A stretch of 39,259 nucleotides of DNA, counting the filler, from an uncultured Methanosarcinales archaeon (GTDB taxonomy: Archaea > Nanobdellota > Nanobdellia > Woesearchaeales > CAIVOO01), in NCBI GenBank assembly GCA_964485195.1. It is 12 parts of 12 records of this genome, joined end to end, with 100 filler letters (N's around TTAATTAATTAA, not from the genome) between each part and the next. Parts side by side here need not be neighbours in the genome. Positions count along the whole stretch, not along the records: positions 15,797 to 18,983 come from CAZAIK010000025.1; positions 19,084 to 22,103 come from CAZAIK010000026.1; positions 22,204 to 25,179 come from CAZAIK010000027.1; positions 25,280 to 28,227 come from CAZAIK010000028.1; 8 more parts are not named here. One strand, given 5' to 3'. The stretch's first letter is position 1; every line of letters begins with the position of its first letter. The translations under genes were made by a program, and so were the position numbers. Below the pieces are notes generated by a model. The model ran no database searches, was not told the DNA's origin, and saw nothing but the letters and a program-made list of their open reading frames with translations. Positions 17,569-26,823 of this stretch are shown here, in pieces.

Positions 17569-18981
17569 TTAACCCAATTCCATTTCGTATAAATGATCCA
17601 AACCATTTTTCCTTTTTTCTGTTAAAAAGCAGTAATATTTAAAGTCATCCAGTTTCGATTTGTTTGAGAGTTTACAGTATTTTCTTTTCATTTCGAGATT
17701 TATTTCATCGTTTGTAAAAGCATGCTGATAACATAGATTGCACAATCTGGCCATCCAACATTTTGAACAATCTTTTATGCTTTTTTCAGCATACTCATGT
17801 AGATAAATTTCCATTATTACATCAAAGTTCAATCCTTCATAAATATTGCCGAGTTTGGGTGCTTTATTGATCCTCTCACATAATTCAATATCACCTCTTG
17901 CAGTGACATATAATTTTCTTATGCCTGGTATACAGCAGCCGTTTAATGGGATTTTTTTCATTGGAATATCAAAAACAGGTCTTTTAAATATAATCGCTAG
18001 AGTCTTATTTAAAACATTTGCAAGTGGGTGAAATTCTTTTTCTTTAATATAATTTTTATAATATTCTTCCTCAATCCATTCTGTTAAACTATTATCATGG
18101 GGATGGTTGCTAGAAATGTAATGGGCAGGAATAGTCCCTGTTGATGGATATGTGATATTGATTCTGATATCATCATGTATGCATTCATTAGATGTAATGA
18201 AATTGGCGATTCTTTCTACTCTTTCTATACTGTATGGCGGCGCATATACCATGCTAAGTCCCAATTTATGCAATTTGTTTTCAAAGGCTTTGTGTAGAAT
18301 GCAGAGTCCTCTGAGTGTTCGTTTGAAACTTCCCTTATTTTTTATATCTTTCCTCCATTCATCATGAATATCTTCAGGCCCGTCTATACTAACCAAGACA
18401 GAGAAATTTTCAGAAGACAAAAAGGATGCTATGTCATCATCTACCAATGTGGCATTTGTTGTAACAGCAAAGGTTATTTCTTTATTAATGTGAGCTTTTG
18501 CATAATCAACGATTCTTTTCATTAGGCTAAATTTTAATAATGGTTCTCCTCCATAAAAAGAAATCCCTACTGTATCCTTTTTTTCAGAATGGTCTTTTAA
18601 ATAATCTATGGCTTTTCTAGCGATTTCTTCTGTCATGTCGACATTTGCATAATTTCTCTTTCCTTTGAAAAAATCATTATAGATGCAGTACCCACATCTA
18701 AGATTACATCTTTCTGTTAGTTCTAACTGGATCATTGCTAAGTAATTGTTCACTTTGTCTATAACTGAATCAACATGATCAATGATCTTAAAACCTTCAA
18801 TTTTTGTAATTTTTAATATGTGTTCTTTTTTTATTGCCTGCTCTAATGATGAGAAGATTTTCATTGAAATAGAATCCGAATGACTTGATGAAAATTTATC
18901 AACCGCATCATTAATATCCATAATCATCAGGTCATTCAATAATTCGAACTCCGGATTTTCACATTTCACTATCTTGTTAGT
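17569..18981 (-). CDS. Radical SAM/SPASM peptide maturase (CcpM-like; 5' truncated)
   Basis: CNLRCGYC, FYGGEPLL, TTNATL, VSIDGP; SPASM region CCIPGIRKLYV..G...CERI..CSKCW..LCNLC..C; frame open to contig edge (TNKIVKC). Confidence 0.9.
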   Translation of the reverse strand, partial: TNKIVKCENPEFELLNDLMIMDINDAVDKFSSSHSDSISMKIFSSLEQAIKKEHILKITKIEGFKIIDHVDSVIDKVNNYLAMIQLELTERCNLRCGYCIYNDFFKGKRNYANVDMTEEIARKAIDYLKDHSEKKDTVGISFYGGEPLLKFSLMKRIVDYAKAHINKEITFAVTTNATLVDDDIASFLSSENFSVLVSIDGPEDIHDEWRKDIKNKGSFKRTLRGLCILHKAFENKLHKLGLSMVYAPPYSIERVERIANFITSNECIHDDIRINITYPSTGTIPAHYISSNHPHDNSLTEWIEEEYYKNYIKEKEFHPLANVLNKTLAIIFKRPVFDIPMKKIPLNGCCIPGIRKLYVTARGDIELCERINKAPKLGNIYEGLNFDVIMEIYLHEYAEKSIKDCSKCWMARLCNLCYQHAFTNDEINLEMKRKYCKLSNKSKLDDFKYYCFLTEKRKNGLDHLYEMELG

Positions 18982-19085
18982 TCNNNNNNNNNNNNNNNNN
19001 NNNNNNNNNNNNNNNNNNNNNNNNNNNTTAATTAATTAANNNNNNNNNNNNNNNNNNNNNNNNNNNNNNNNNNNNNNNNNNNNTA

Positions 19086-19526
19086 AAAATAAAAAAACTG
19101 CGGGTCATTCCTGATGAGAGAGGAAGGCTCATGGAAATATTTAGAAATGATGATGACCTGTTTGAAAAATTCGGACAGGTCTACATGAGCAGCACTTATC
19201 CGGGAGTGGTCAAAGCCTGGCATCTGCACCATCATCAGACAGATAATGTGTGCTGTGTGCACGGTATGATCAAGCTGGCTCTCTATGATGACAGAGAAGA
19301 TTCGCCCACCTACAAGCAGGTGGATCAGTTCTATCTCGGGGTCCACAATCCCATGCTGGTTCAGATCCCGGAAAAAGTCTATCATGGGTGGATGTGTGTG
19401 AGTGAAGAGGAAGCCCTGATCATCAACATCCCCACCAAAGAATACAATTATGAGAAACCGGACGAACACCGTCTGGACCCCCATGATAACGACATTCCCT
19501 ATGACTGGAGAAGAAAAGATGGCTGA
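19086..19526 (+). CDS. rfbC: dTDP-4-dehydrorhamnose 3,5-epimerase family (5' truncated)
   Basis: DERGRLME, KAWHLH, LYDDREDSPT, VYHGW; adjacent to rfbB and rfbD. Confidence 0.85.
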   Translation, partial: KIKKLRVIPDERGRLMEIFRNDDDLFEKFGQVYMSSTYPGVVKAWHLHHHQTDNVCCVHGMIKLALYDDREDSPTYKQVDQFYLGVHNPMLVQIPEKVYHGWMCVSEEEALIINIPTKEYNYEKPDEHRLDPHDNDIPYDWRRKDG

Positions 19527-20550
19527 GGACCGGAAGATCAACGGCAAAACCCTGCTTGTCACCGGAGGCGCTGGGTTTATCGGCAGCAATTTTATCCACT
19601 TTTTGCTTGAAAAGTATCCTGACTGCCGGCTCATCAATTTGGACAAGCTCACTTATGCCGGCAATTTGGATAATTTGAAAGATGTTGAAGATGACTCCAG
19701 ATATGAGTTTGTGAAAGCCGATATCCAGGACAGGGATACGGTCAAAGAGGTGATCGACAGAGTGGACGGGGTGGTTCATTTTGCCGCGGAGACCCACGTG
19801 GACCGGTCCATCATGAGCGCGGGTGAATTCATCATGACCGATGTGTTCGGCACCTTCACTCTGCTGGATGCGGTCAAGAACTCAGAGGTGGAGTTTTTTG
19901 TGCATGTGTCTACCGATGAAGTGTACGGAAGCCGGGACAAAGGTTTTTTCAGTGAACAAGACCCCATGTGCCCGTCATCTCCTTATGCCGCCAGCAAGGT
20001 GGGCGCAGACCGTTTGGCTCACTCTTACTGGGTGACCTACAAGCTGCCGGTTGTCATCGTAAGGCCCAGCAATAACTTCGGTCCTTATCAGTATCCGGAA
20101 AAATTCATCCCTCTTTTCACCACCAATGCCATGGATGATAAGCCCCTGCCGCTCTACGGCCAAGGAACCAATGTCAGGGACTGGCTTTATGTGGAAGACA
20201 ACTGCCGGGCTGTTGATGTGGTGATGAGAAGGGGAAAGCTGGGGGAAGCCTATAATATCGGCGCTAACAATGAAGTCCCCAACATCCGGGTAGCGGAGAG
20301 AATCGTGGATACCCTGGGAAAGCCCCGGGAATTGATCACTTTTGTTAAAGACAGACTGGGCCATGACCAGCGCTATGCTCTGGATTGCCGGAAGATCCAT
20401 GAACTGGGCTGGAAGCCGTCGGTGGAGTTTGATGAAGCTCTCGAGAATACCGTGAACTGGTATAAAGACAACAGAGAATGGTGGGAGAAAATAAAGCAAA
20501 AATCCAAAGATTTTAAGGAATTTTATTCTAAGTATTACAAAGACAGATAA
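19519..20550 (+). CDS. rfbB: dTDP-glucose 4,6-dehydratase
   Basis: VTGGAGFIGSN, DKLTYAG, AAETHVDRS, STDEVYG, PYAASK, DRLGHD.RY. Confidence 0.95.
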   Translation: MAEDRKINGKTLLVTGGAGFIGSNFIHFLLEKYPDCRLINLDKLTYAGNLDNLKDVEDDSRYEFVKADIQDRDTVKEVIDRVDGVVHFAAETHVDRSIMSAGEFIMTDVFGTFTLLDAVKNSEVEFFVHVSTDEVYGSRDKGFFSEQDPMCPSSPYAASKVGADRLAHSYWVTYKLPVVIVRPSNNFGPYQYPEKFIPLFTTNAMDDKPLPLYGQGTNVRDWLYVEDNCRAVDVVMRRGKLGEAYNIGANNEVPNIRVAERIVDTLGKPRELITFVKDRLGHDQRYALDCRKIHELGWKPSVEFDEALENTVNWYKDNREWWEKIKQKSKDFKEFYSKYYKDR

Positions 20551-20551
20551 A

Positions 20552-21409
20552 TTGAAAACGCCTAAAAATGTTTTAGTCACAGGAGCCAAAGGCCAGCTGG
20601 GAAGCGAAATCCAGCTTTTATCATCTTCCCAGGATTTTCAATTTGAATTCACAGATATTGAAGAGCTGGACATCACTTCTATGGAGCAGCTGGAGGCTTT
20701 TTTTTCATCCCGAAAATTCGATGCCGTCATCAACTGCGCGGCTTACACAGACGTGGACAAAGCCGAAGAGGAGCGGGAACAGGCTGACCTGATCAATCAC
20801 CGGGCTGCGGAAAATCTGGCTGTGTTTTCCAGAGAGCACAGGGCTCCCTTGATCCACATATCCACAGATTTCGTGTTTGACGGAAAATCATTCGCCCCTT
20901 ACAGAGAAGAGAACCTGCCCCATCCTGTCTCGGTATACGGTAAAACCAAGTGGGCGGGTGAAAATGCGGTGCTCAAAGAAGCGGAAAAAGCTGTCATCAT
21001 CCGGACCTCCTGGCTTTATTCTTCTTTTGGGAACAATTTTGTAAAGACCATACTGAAGTTAGCCAAAGAAAGGGATGAGTTGAATGTGGTTTATGACCAG
21101 ATCGGCACTCCCACTTATGCCCGCGATTTAGCCGGTGCTGTTTTAAGCATTCTGAATCATAAGGATTTTGTGACAGGGATCTATCACTACAGCAATGAAG
21201 GTGTTGCCAGCTGGTATGACTTGGCTCAAGCCATTGTGGAAATCAAAGGATTAGACTGCCGGATAAACCCCATTGAGACCCATCAGTATCCCACGCCAGC
21301 CAAAAGACCGGCTTACAGTCTGCTGAACAAAGCCAAGATCAAAAAAACCTACAACCTGGAGATCCCTCACTGGAGAACCTCCCTCAAATCCTGCCTTGAA
21401 ATATCATAA
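20552..21409 (+). CDS. rfbD: dTDP-4-dehydrorhamnose reductase
   Basis: TGAKGQLG, NCAAYTDVDKAE, ISTDFVFDG, YGKTK, DQIGTPT, AKRP.YS. Confidence 0.95.
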   Translation: MKTPKNVLVTGAKGQLGSEIQLLSSSQDFQFEFTDIEELDITSMEQLEAFFSSRKFDAVINCAAYTDVDKAEEEREQADLINHRAAENLAVFSREHRAPLIHISTDFVFDGKSFAPYREENLPHPVSVYGKTKWAGENAVLKEAEKAVIIRTSWLYSSFGNNFVKTILKLAKERDELNVVYDQIGTPTYARDLAGAVLSILNHKDFVTGIYHYSNEGVASWYDLAQAIVEIKGLDCRINPIETHQYPTPAKRPAYSLLNKAKIKKTYNLEIPHWRTSLKSCLEIS

Positions 21410-21511
21410 AATACAGTACCGTCTTACCTATTTACCCTATTTTTCCCCTTAAAACTATTTTAACTACAGGTATCCATTATTGTGATGATTCTCTCGTTGC
21501 TTCTCTATTTT

Positions 21512-22102
21512 TCATTTTCTGAGCTTCACAGCTTTGAGTATAGTCACCACTACATTATGGTCATTAAAATCTGTGGGGAATTCCACCAACACATCTTGAT
21601 TCACTCTTATTAGCTCAAAGTCAATGCTTTCCCCATCCAGATTCACTCTCAAATCCTGCTTTTGAGGCCCCCTGGTTTGTTCTCCCTTGTTCTGCGGGAT
21701 GAGAATTCTCATGGGTCCCATACCTTTAAACGAGCTTTTGTATTTAAGAGTGATGATGAAATTTTTCTCATCATACTGATAATCATATTCTGCCCACAGA
21801 TCACTGGCTGGCAGGACCACCCGGATGTGTCCTTGTTCTTTCCCTAATTTTGGCTCAAGAGATAAAGACTTCTCACTCAGCTTAACCCCAAAATAGCCTT
21901 CCACCACAGCCTGAGCCATGACTCCGGCGCTTCCGCAGAACAGATCGCTTCCTCTGCCTGTACCTTCCCTGGTGTCCCATTCAAAAAATCCTCTGTTGTT
22001 GAGATTCTTTTCAATAACTTCTATCAATTTATCCCGGGCTTGGGCGCTGTATCCGTTTTCAAACATGGAATAGATAAGCCGCCCCCCGAACCAGTCCCAC
22101 TG
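21512..22102 (-). CDS. Six-hairpin glycosidase-like protein, C-terminal part (5' truncated)
   Basis: QWDWFGGR, FFEW...G.G.GS, EGYFGV, L.L.P.L; family not resolved. Confidence 0.55.
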   Translation of the reverse strand, partial: QWDWFGGRLIYSMFENGYSAQARDKLIEVIEKNLNNRGFFEWDTREGTGRGSDLFCGSAGVMAQAVVEGYFGVKLSEKSLSLEPKLGKEQGHIRVVLPASDLWAEYDYQYDEKNFIITLKYKSSFKGMGPMRILIPQNKGEQTRGPQKQDLRVNLDGESIDFELIRVNQDVLVEFPTDFNDHNVVVTILKAVKLRK

Positions 22103-22329
22103 CNNNNNNNNNNNNNNNNNNNNNNNNNNNNNNNNNNNNNNNNNNNNTTAATTAATTAANNNNNNNNNNNNNNNNNNNNNNNNNNNNNNNNNNNNNNNNN
22201 NNNAGCCTGTCAATACGGTAGGACCAAATTCATTCCTTAAACTGCTGATTTGGGGGGGTCGAATGAGGCTCTAAGGGGGAAAAAAGGGGAATTAAATAAA
22301 GTTAAGTCATTGATAAAAATTGATATGCC

Positions 22330-22401
22330 GTGGTGTGCCGTGGTGCGTCCCCTTAACTGAAGGTAGTGGTGTGCCGTGGTGCGCCCCCTTAACTGAAGGT
22401 A
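22330..22401. repeat. 36-bp tandem duplication (1 mismatch) at gene truncation point
   Basis: GTGGTGTGCCGTGGTGCGYCCCCTTAACTGAAGGTA x2. Confidence 0.85.
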
Positions 22402-23261
22402 AGAAAATCATTCTGAAGAGCCATGGCCTGATCTAGTTTTTGGATGTGTTTTTGAATCAGTTCCTTGCAGTCGTTTGCAGCTTCTTTTATTTCAGCCTCT
22501 GGAGCAGTCATGAGAAAATCCTCCAGCAGGTCCAGAAGAAGATAGGAGCCAGAAGGAGCCAGCCAGTGTTCCTTTTGGATTTCTTCTTGGATATGGTTCA
22601 AAACAGCCTCATAATCCTCCCCATATTCGAGAAGGCGTCCGGCTGCATACAAAAACAGAGGAATTCCGTACTCATCTGATAAAGTGAACGGCTGTGCCAA
22701 AATCTCCTGGTAGTTTGCCAAGGCCTCTGCTTTTTGGGATGATTTTGAAAGCGCACGCGCAAACAAAAGCCTTGCATATTCTTTCTGAATGGGGAATTTC
22801 GCAGAACCCAAGGCCTGCTTGTATAATCGGGCAGCGCGTGTGTAATTTTTCTGTGCGAATTCTTCCGTTTCAGCCTGCCGGATTTTTTGGGCAAAGGCAG
22901 AATTACTTAAATATTGCCTGGCATTCTCTATCTCTTGGTTTCTCTCCCAGGGCAGAACCAGTTGACGCCCATCAACCTGACCAATGAGCACCACTTCCGG
23001 ATTCACGTAATTCATCTCGGCTGGAATGAGCCTCGCTTCTGATAAAGCACTCGCTTCCTGAAGTTTGATGTTTTCCAACCTTACCAGGAAATGCTGGCCG
23101 ATTTCACGGGCTACACGGCGGCGTTCCTCTGCCAGCCGCTTCTGCGTCAGCTCTCTCTCCTGCCCGATCATCCGCACCGTCAGGCCGATAAGGACCAAAC
23201 TCGGAAAAAGCACTGTGACCAAAAAGAGAAGGATTTGTTTGCGGTGACTCCGGCCTTTCAT
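22389..23261 (-). pseudogene. Probable sensor histidine kinase N-terminal region, truncated
   Basis: N-terminal TM (LLFLVTVLFPSLVLIGL), QERE coiled coil, TPR-like extracytoplasmic region; no second TM or kinase domain; stop falls inside the tandem repeat. Confidence 0.55.
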
Positions 23262-23450
23262 TTTAAAAAGATTGTCTATAACCGTTGTAAACGCATTGAC
23301 TAATGTTACATGGTCATGGCGAGTGACCAAAGGGAACGTGGCCATCCAACGGATCGCCCCATCGTTTCACTCCCCGCTATAACAAAGGAATGAATACGTT
23401 CAAAATAGTTAGCCCTAATGAAAAAAATATTCTAATGAAAGGCAGAAGTC

Positions 23451-23472
23451 AAAATGTCACGAAAATGTCATG
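23451..23472. promoter_or_regulatory. 11-bp direct repeat, OmpR/PhoB-type box
   Basis: AAAATGTCACG-AAAATGTCATG about 190 bp upstream of the sensor gene. Confidence 0.45.
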
Positions 23473-23572
23473 AGCCTGCTTAGATTCACCACCCCGTTCG
23501 TCTCTGTCAAAAAAATATTGTCCGCAGCAAGGAGTTCTCTATGCGGTTTTAATCACGTTAGCATCATTATTT

Positions 23573-24355
23573 TTAGATTTCATACACAATTATTCTCGTT
23601 AAAATGACCGTGATGAAACTGCCGACTATGTTGAAGATCATATGGACGACAATAGCTGGGATTATACTCCCGGTTTTTTCCCGGTAATAACCTGCTAAAA
23701 GCCCCAGTACTATAGCATTAAGAACTATTGCTATTACAATATCAGAACTCATTATGCTCAACAAACCCAAATGCCCAAGCCCAAACCATACCGCACAAAT
23801 CATGACAGGAGCACTGAGATAAGCTTTGAACAGCCTTAATCCATATTGTTTCAATGGCATAAAAAAGCTCTGCAAAAATCCCCTGAAAAAAATTTCTTCG
23901 CTAATACTTGCCAAAATCCACACTGACAGAATCGGTTTAAGCAGGCCGCCGGGCATCATCATTTCGCCATCATTCCCACCGGGTGAATCAATAATAATTC
24001 TGAGGACCGCCCCTATAGATACTGCTGCAAAAGACCACACAATACCAAAGAGAACCGGATTTTTCAGTTTGCCTAGTTTCACGCCTTTTAAGCCGTAGTT
24101 GGAAACTTTTCCTCTGGTAAACAAAATAATCAAAACAAGGGACAGAATCAAAAAAGAGGTCTGGGTCACATCGCCCCTAGTGATAAAGGGATGTTTTTCG
24201 ATGAAGCCGCCAATAAAACGAATAGAGGGAATCAAGAATAAAGAGACATAATGTATGAATAGGCCCAAGATGATTCCGAATATCAATCTCATAATTTTTT
24301 TCACTTTGTTTTCCTCCTTCGAGACTTTACTTAATATCAGGTTATTAATTTCCAT
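23573..24355 (-). CDS. CPBP (Abi/CAAX) intramembrane metalloprotease
   Basis: EEIFFRG, FGLGH, TGSIIPAIVVHMIFN; multiple TM helices. Confidence 0.92.
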   Translation of the reverse strand: MEINNLILSKVSKEENKVKKIMRLIFGIILGLFIHYVSLFLIPSIRFIGGFIEKHPFITRGDVTQTSFLILSLVLIILFTRGKVSNYGLKGVKLGKLKNPVLFGIVWSFAAVSIGAVLRIIIDSPGGNDGEMMMPGGLLKPILSVWILASISEEIFFRGFLQSFFMPLKQYGLRLFKAYLSAPVMICAVWFGLGHLGLLSIMSSDIVIAIVLNAIVLGLLAGYYREKTGSIIPAIVVHMIFNIVGSFITVILTRIIVYEI

Positions 24356-24360
24356 TAGTT

Positions 24361-24377
24361 ACTTACCGGTAGGTAAG
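24361..24377. promoter_or_regulatory. Putative TetR operator 2
   Basis: ACTTACCGGTAGGTAAG (CTTAC-N6-GTAAG); 14/17 identical to 25011-25027. Confidence 0.65.
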
Positions 24378-24397
24378 CAAGAAACAAAAAAATTTTC

Positions 24398-24997
24398 TTA
24401 TTTTTCTAACATCTTCCAAATGTTCTTGAACATTTGTTCACCTATTGTTTCTATGTCTACGGATTTGTCCAAATAGCTGATAAGACCAGCCCCTTCTATC
24501 AATGCATGGATTTGAAATGCCAGCAGTTCACAAGCGATATCATTCCTTATTTCTCCCTTCTTCTGGGCCTTACGGAGCTCTTCGGCTAACCGCTGCCTAG
24601 AAATCAAGAATCCTTTTTCGATCATTTTTTGAATGTTTGGTTCTTTTTTGCTTGCAGCCAAGAGAAGTTCTAAAAAGCTGTAGGAGACATCCTTTTTTTC
24701 TGTTCCAAGAAGTATGCTTGTTACTTCCCTGAATGATCGCAGCGATTTCATGAAAGACCTTAACAACTCTTCCAGGTTTTTGCAGTCCTTGAATTGCCGT
24801 AAACTCCACTTTCCCATCTCCTCGAAGAAGAATGTCAGGACTTCGTGAAACAGTTCATCTTTGTTTTTGAAATGATGATAAATTGCCGGTTTGGTGATTC
24901 CCACTTCTTGAGCTATCTGATTCAAGGAAGTCTTTTCGTAGCCGTGCTGAAGAAAAAGCCCCAAGGCTGTTCTAAGAATATTCGACTTGGTGTTCAA
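24398..24997 (-). CDS. TetR/AcrR family regulator
   Basis: IL..A..LF...GYEKTSL.QIA.EVGITKPAIYHHFKNKDEL. Confidence 0.95.
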   Translation of the reverse strand: MNTKSNILRTALGLFLQHGYEKTSLNQIAQEVGITKPAIYHHFKNKDELFHEVLTFFFEEMGKWSLRQFKDCKNLEELLRSFMKSLRSFREVTSILLGTEKKDVSYSFLELLLAASKKEPNIQKMIEKGFLISRQRLAEELRKAQKKGEIRNDIACELLAFQIHALIEGAGLISYLDKSVDIETIGEQMFKNIWKMLEK

Positions 24998-25010
24998 GCT
25001 GGTATTCCTT

Positions 25011-25027
25011 ACTTATCGTTAAGTAAG
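25011..25027. promoter_or_regulatory. Putative TetR operator 1
   Basis: ACTTATCGTTAAGTAAG covering the predicted tetR transcription start. Confidence 0.65.
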
Positions 25028-25054
25028 TTTATTTAAAATTTCGATTGAAGTCAA
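25026..25054 (-). promoter_or_regulatory. Sigma70 promoter of tetR
   Basis: TTGACT-17 bp-TAAACT on minus strand. Confidence 0.6.
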
Positions 25055-25280
25055 ATCATTTTATCGCCCCCGACATCCGGAACGCACCGTGCTTTAGGGA
25101 TATTGTCAAGAGTTGTGTATAAGAACCCAAATAATCGGATAAACCTATCACTAGGGTAAAGGGTCATCGAGATATACCTNNNNNNNNNNNNNNNNNNNNN
25201 NNNNNNNNNNNNNNNNNNNNNNNTTAATTAATTAANNNNNNNNNNNNNNNNNNNNNNNNNNNNNNNNNNNNNNNNNNNNC

Positions 25281-26498
25281 AAAGGCATGCAGAAGAATGT
25301 CACAGATGTGTTTAAAAAAATGGAGCTTTTTAACTACATATCTGTTTTTCCAGATGAGATGCAAACAAATAAACTAAATGAATCGGATGCGTCTGAATCC
25401 CAAAAACCGCAGAGAATCCCCCTGGATGACAACGCCATCCAAAACCTACGCTCCATCAGGGGAGTGGAGACCGCCTACCCGGATATCCGTTTCCCTGCCC
25501 GGATCGAACTGAACGGACAAAGAGAATTCACTCTGGTGCAGGCTCTTCCTGTCAAATTTGCCCGCTCCAAGCTGATCAAAATTCAAGCCGGAAAAACCTT
25601 TTCCAGCGAAGATGAGCCCTCTGTTATCATCCACAGCTCTCTTCTTTCCGGATTTGGAATCAAAGACATCCAGAAGGCCCTGGGCCAAAAAATCAATATC
25701 AGAACTTTCTTTTTTGACCTCTCTTTACTGGACCCCACAAAAATAGGTGCTGTTTTCTCGGGCAGCCGACTCCCTATTGCACAGAAAGTGTATTCTTTCA
25801 CCATTGTGGGCATCTCAGGAAACATAGGGTTTGAAAATCCTTCTCCCTTAAGAAACCAGGTTTTTGTTCCTTTTGGAACGTCACAAAAAATGGATAAGAT
25901 CTCAGTCACCAGCCTCTGGGACCTTTTCAGAAAAGCGGATAGTTCCGGATATTCCATGGTCAATGTGAGACTGTCTTCCCCTAAATTCATCCCTTCTGTC
26001 AAAGAAAAAATCCAGCAACTGGGCTTTCAAAGCTTTGCCTTCAGTGATCAATTTGAAGAGCTCCAGACAGGATTTCTGTTTATGGATATGTTTTTATTTG
26101 CCGTGGGAATGATCGCCATTGTTGTGGCATCGCTCGGAATCACAAACACCATGATCATGTCCATCATGGAACGATACAAAGAAATAGGGATCATGAAAGC
26201 TGTGGGCGCTGCGAACAAGGATATCAAAAAAGTCTTTTTCTTTGAAACCAGTGTGATCGGCTTTCTGGGGGGCATTTTGGGTCTTGTGCTTGGGTGGTTG
26301 GTCAGCGGTCTGATAAACCGGGTGGTGAACTATTTTCTTTCCAAACAAAACATACCTTACATCCATTACTTTGACTTTCCCTGGTGGCTGTGTGCCGGAG
26401 CGGTGATCTTTGCCATCATGATCAGCCTGGCTTCAGGAGTTTATCCGGCCATGAGAGCCGCCAAGGTGGATCCGGCTGTGGCACTCAGGCATGAATAG
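25281..26498 (+). CDS. MacB/FtsX-type ABC transporter permease (5' truncated)
   Basis: GITNTMIMSIMERYKEIGIMKAVGA, YPAMRAAKVDPAVALRHE. Confidence 0.92.
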   Translation, partial: KGMQKNVTDVFKKMELFNYISVFPDEMQTNKLNESDASESQKPQRIPLDDNAIQNLRSIRGVETAYPDIRFPARIELNGQREFTLVQALPVKFARSKLIKIQAGKTFSSEDEPSVIIHSSLLSGFGIKDIQKALGQKINIRTFFFDLSLLDPTKIGAVFSGSRLPIAQKVYSFTIVGISGNIGFENPSPLRNQVFVPFGTSQKMDKISVTSLWDLFRKADSSGYSMVNVRLSSPKFIPSVKEKIQQLGFQSFAFSDQFEELQTGFLFMDMFLFAVGMIAIVVASLGITNTMIMSIMERYKEIGIMKAVGAANKDIKKVFFFETSVIGFLGGILGLVLGWLVSGLINRVVNYFLSKQNIPYIHYFDFPWWLCAGAVIFAIMISLASGVYPAMRAAKVDPAVALRHE

Positions 26499-26564
26499 AC
26501 TATTTTTTTTTAGTAAACCTTAATAAGAGCCACTTCGTAGACAGTGATAAACCTGGATTATTCA

Positions 26565-26662
26565 CGAGTTGAGGTTGCTGTAGATGCAAGGCGCAGGGCA
26601 TGAAGTCGTGGTCCTTCACTTCGAATGCCCTGTAACGACGCAGATGCAGTAAGATCAGCTCG
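26565..26662 (+). repeat. Long interrupted hairpin (palindromic element or ncRNA)
   Basis: CGAGTTGA/TCAGCTCG, TTGCTGTA/TGCAGTAA, CAGGGCAT/ATGCCCTG and GAAGT/ACTTC nested stems. Confidence 0.5.
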
Positions 26663-26823
26663 CCTCAATGGTAAAAAAATGGCGATTAAAATAAAAAATG
26701 TTAACAGAAAAAACATCCAAAACATGGTTCTTGATAAGAACTTGTATATCGCTGAAAACAAATTAGTAATGAAAACATCGCCATTTTTTTATGAATAGGT
26801 CAGGTGAATAAAGGAGGAAGTCC

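Noticed and set aside
19032..20589. Long antisense ORFs (19032-19652, 19975-20589) and similar ones elsewhere
   Set aside because: Shadows of well-supported rfb genes with no recognisable motifs
8442..21409. One large O-antigen cluster combining fcl/wbp/wzm with rfbCBD
   Set aside because: They are on different contigs ordered by size; linkage cannot be shown
22330..22401. 36-bp repeats as a mini-CRISPR
   Set aside because: Copies are directly adjacent with no spacer, and no cas genes are present
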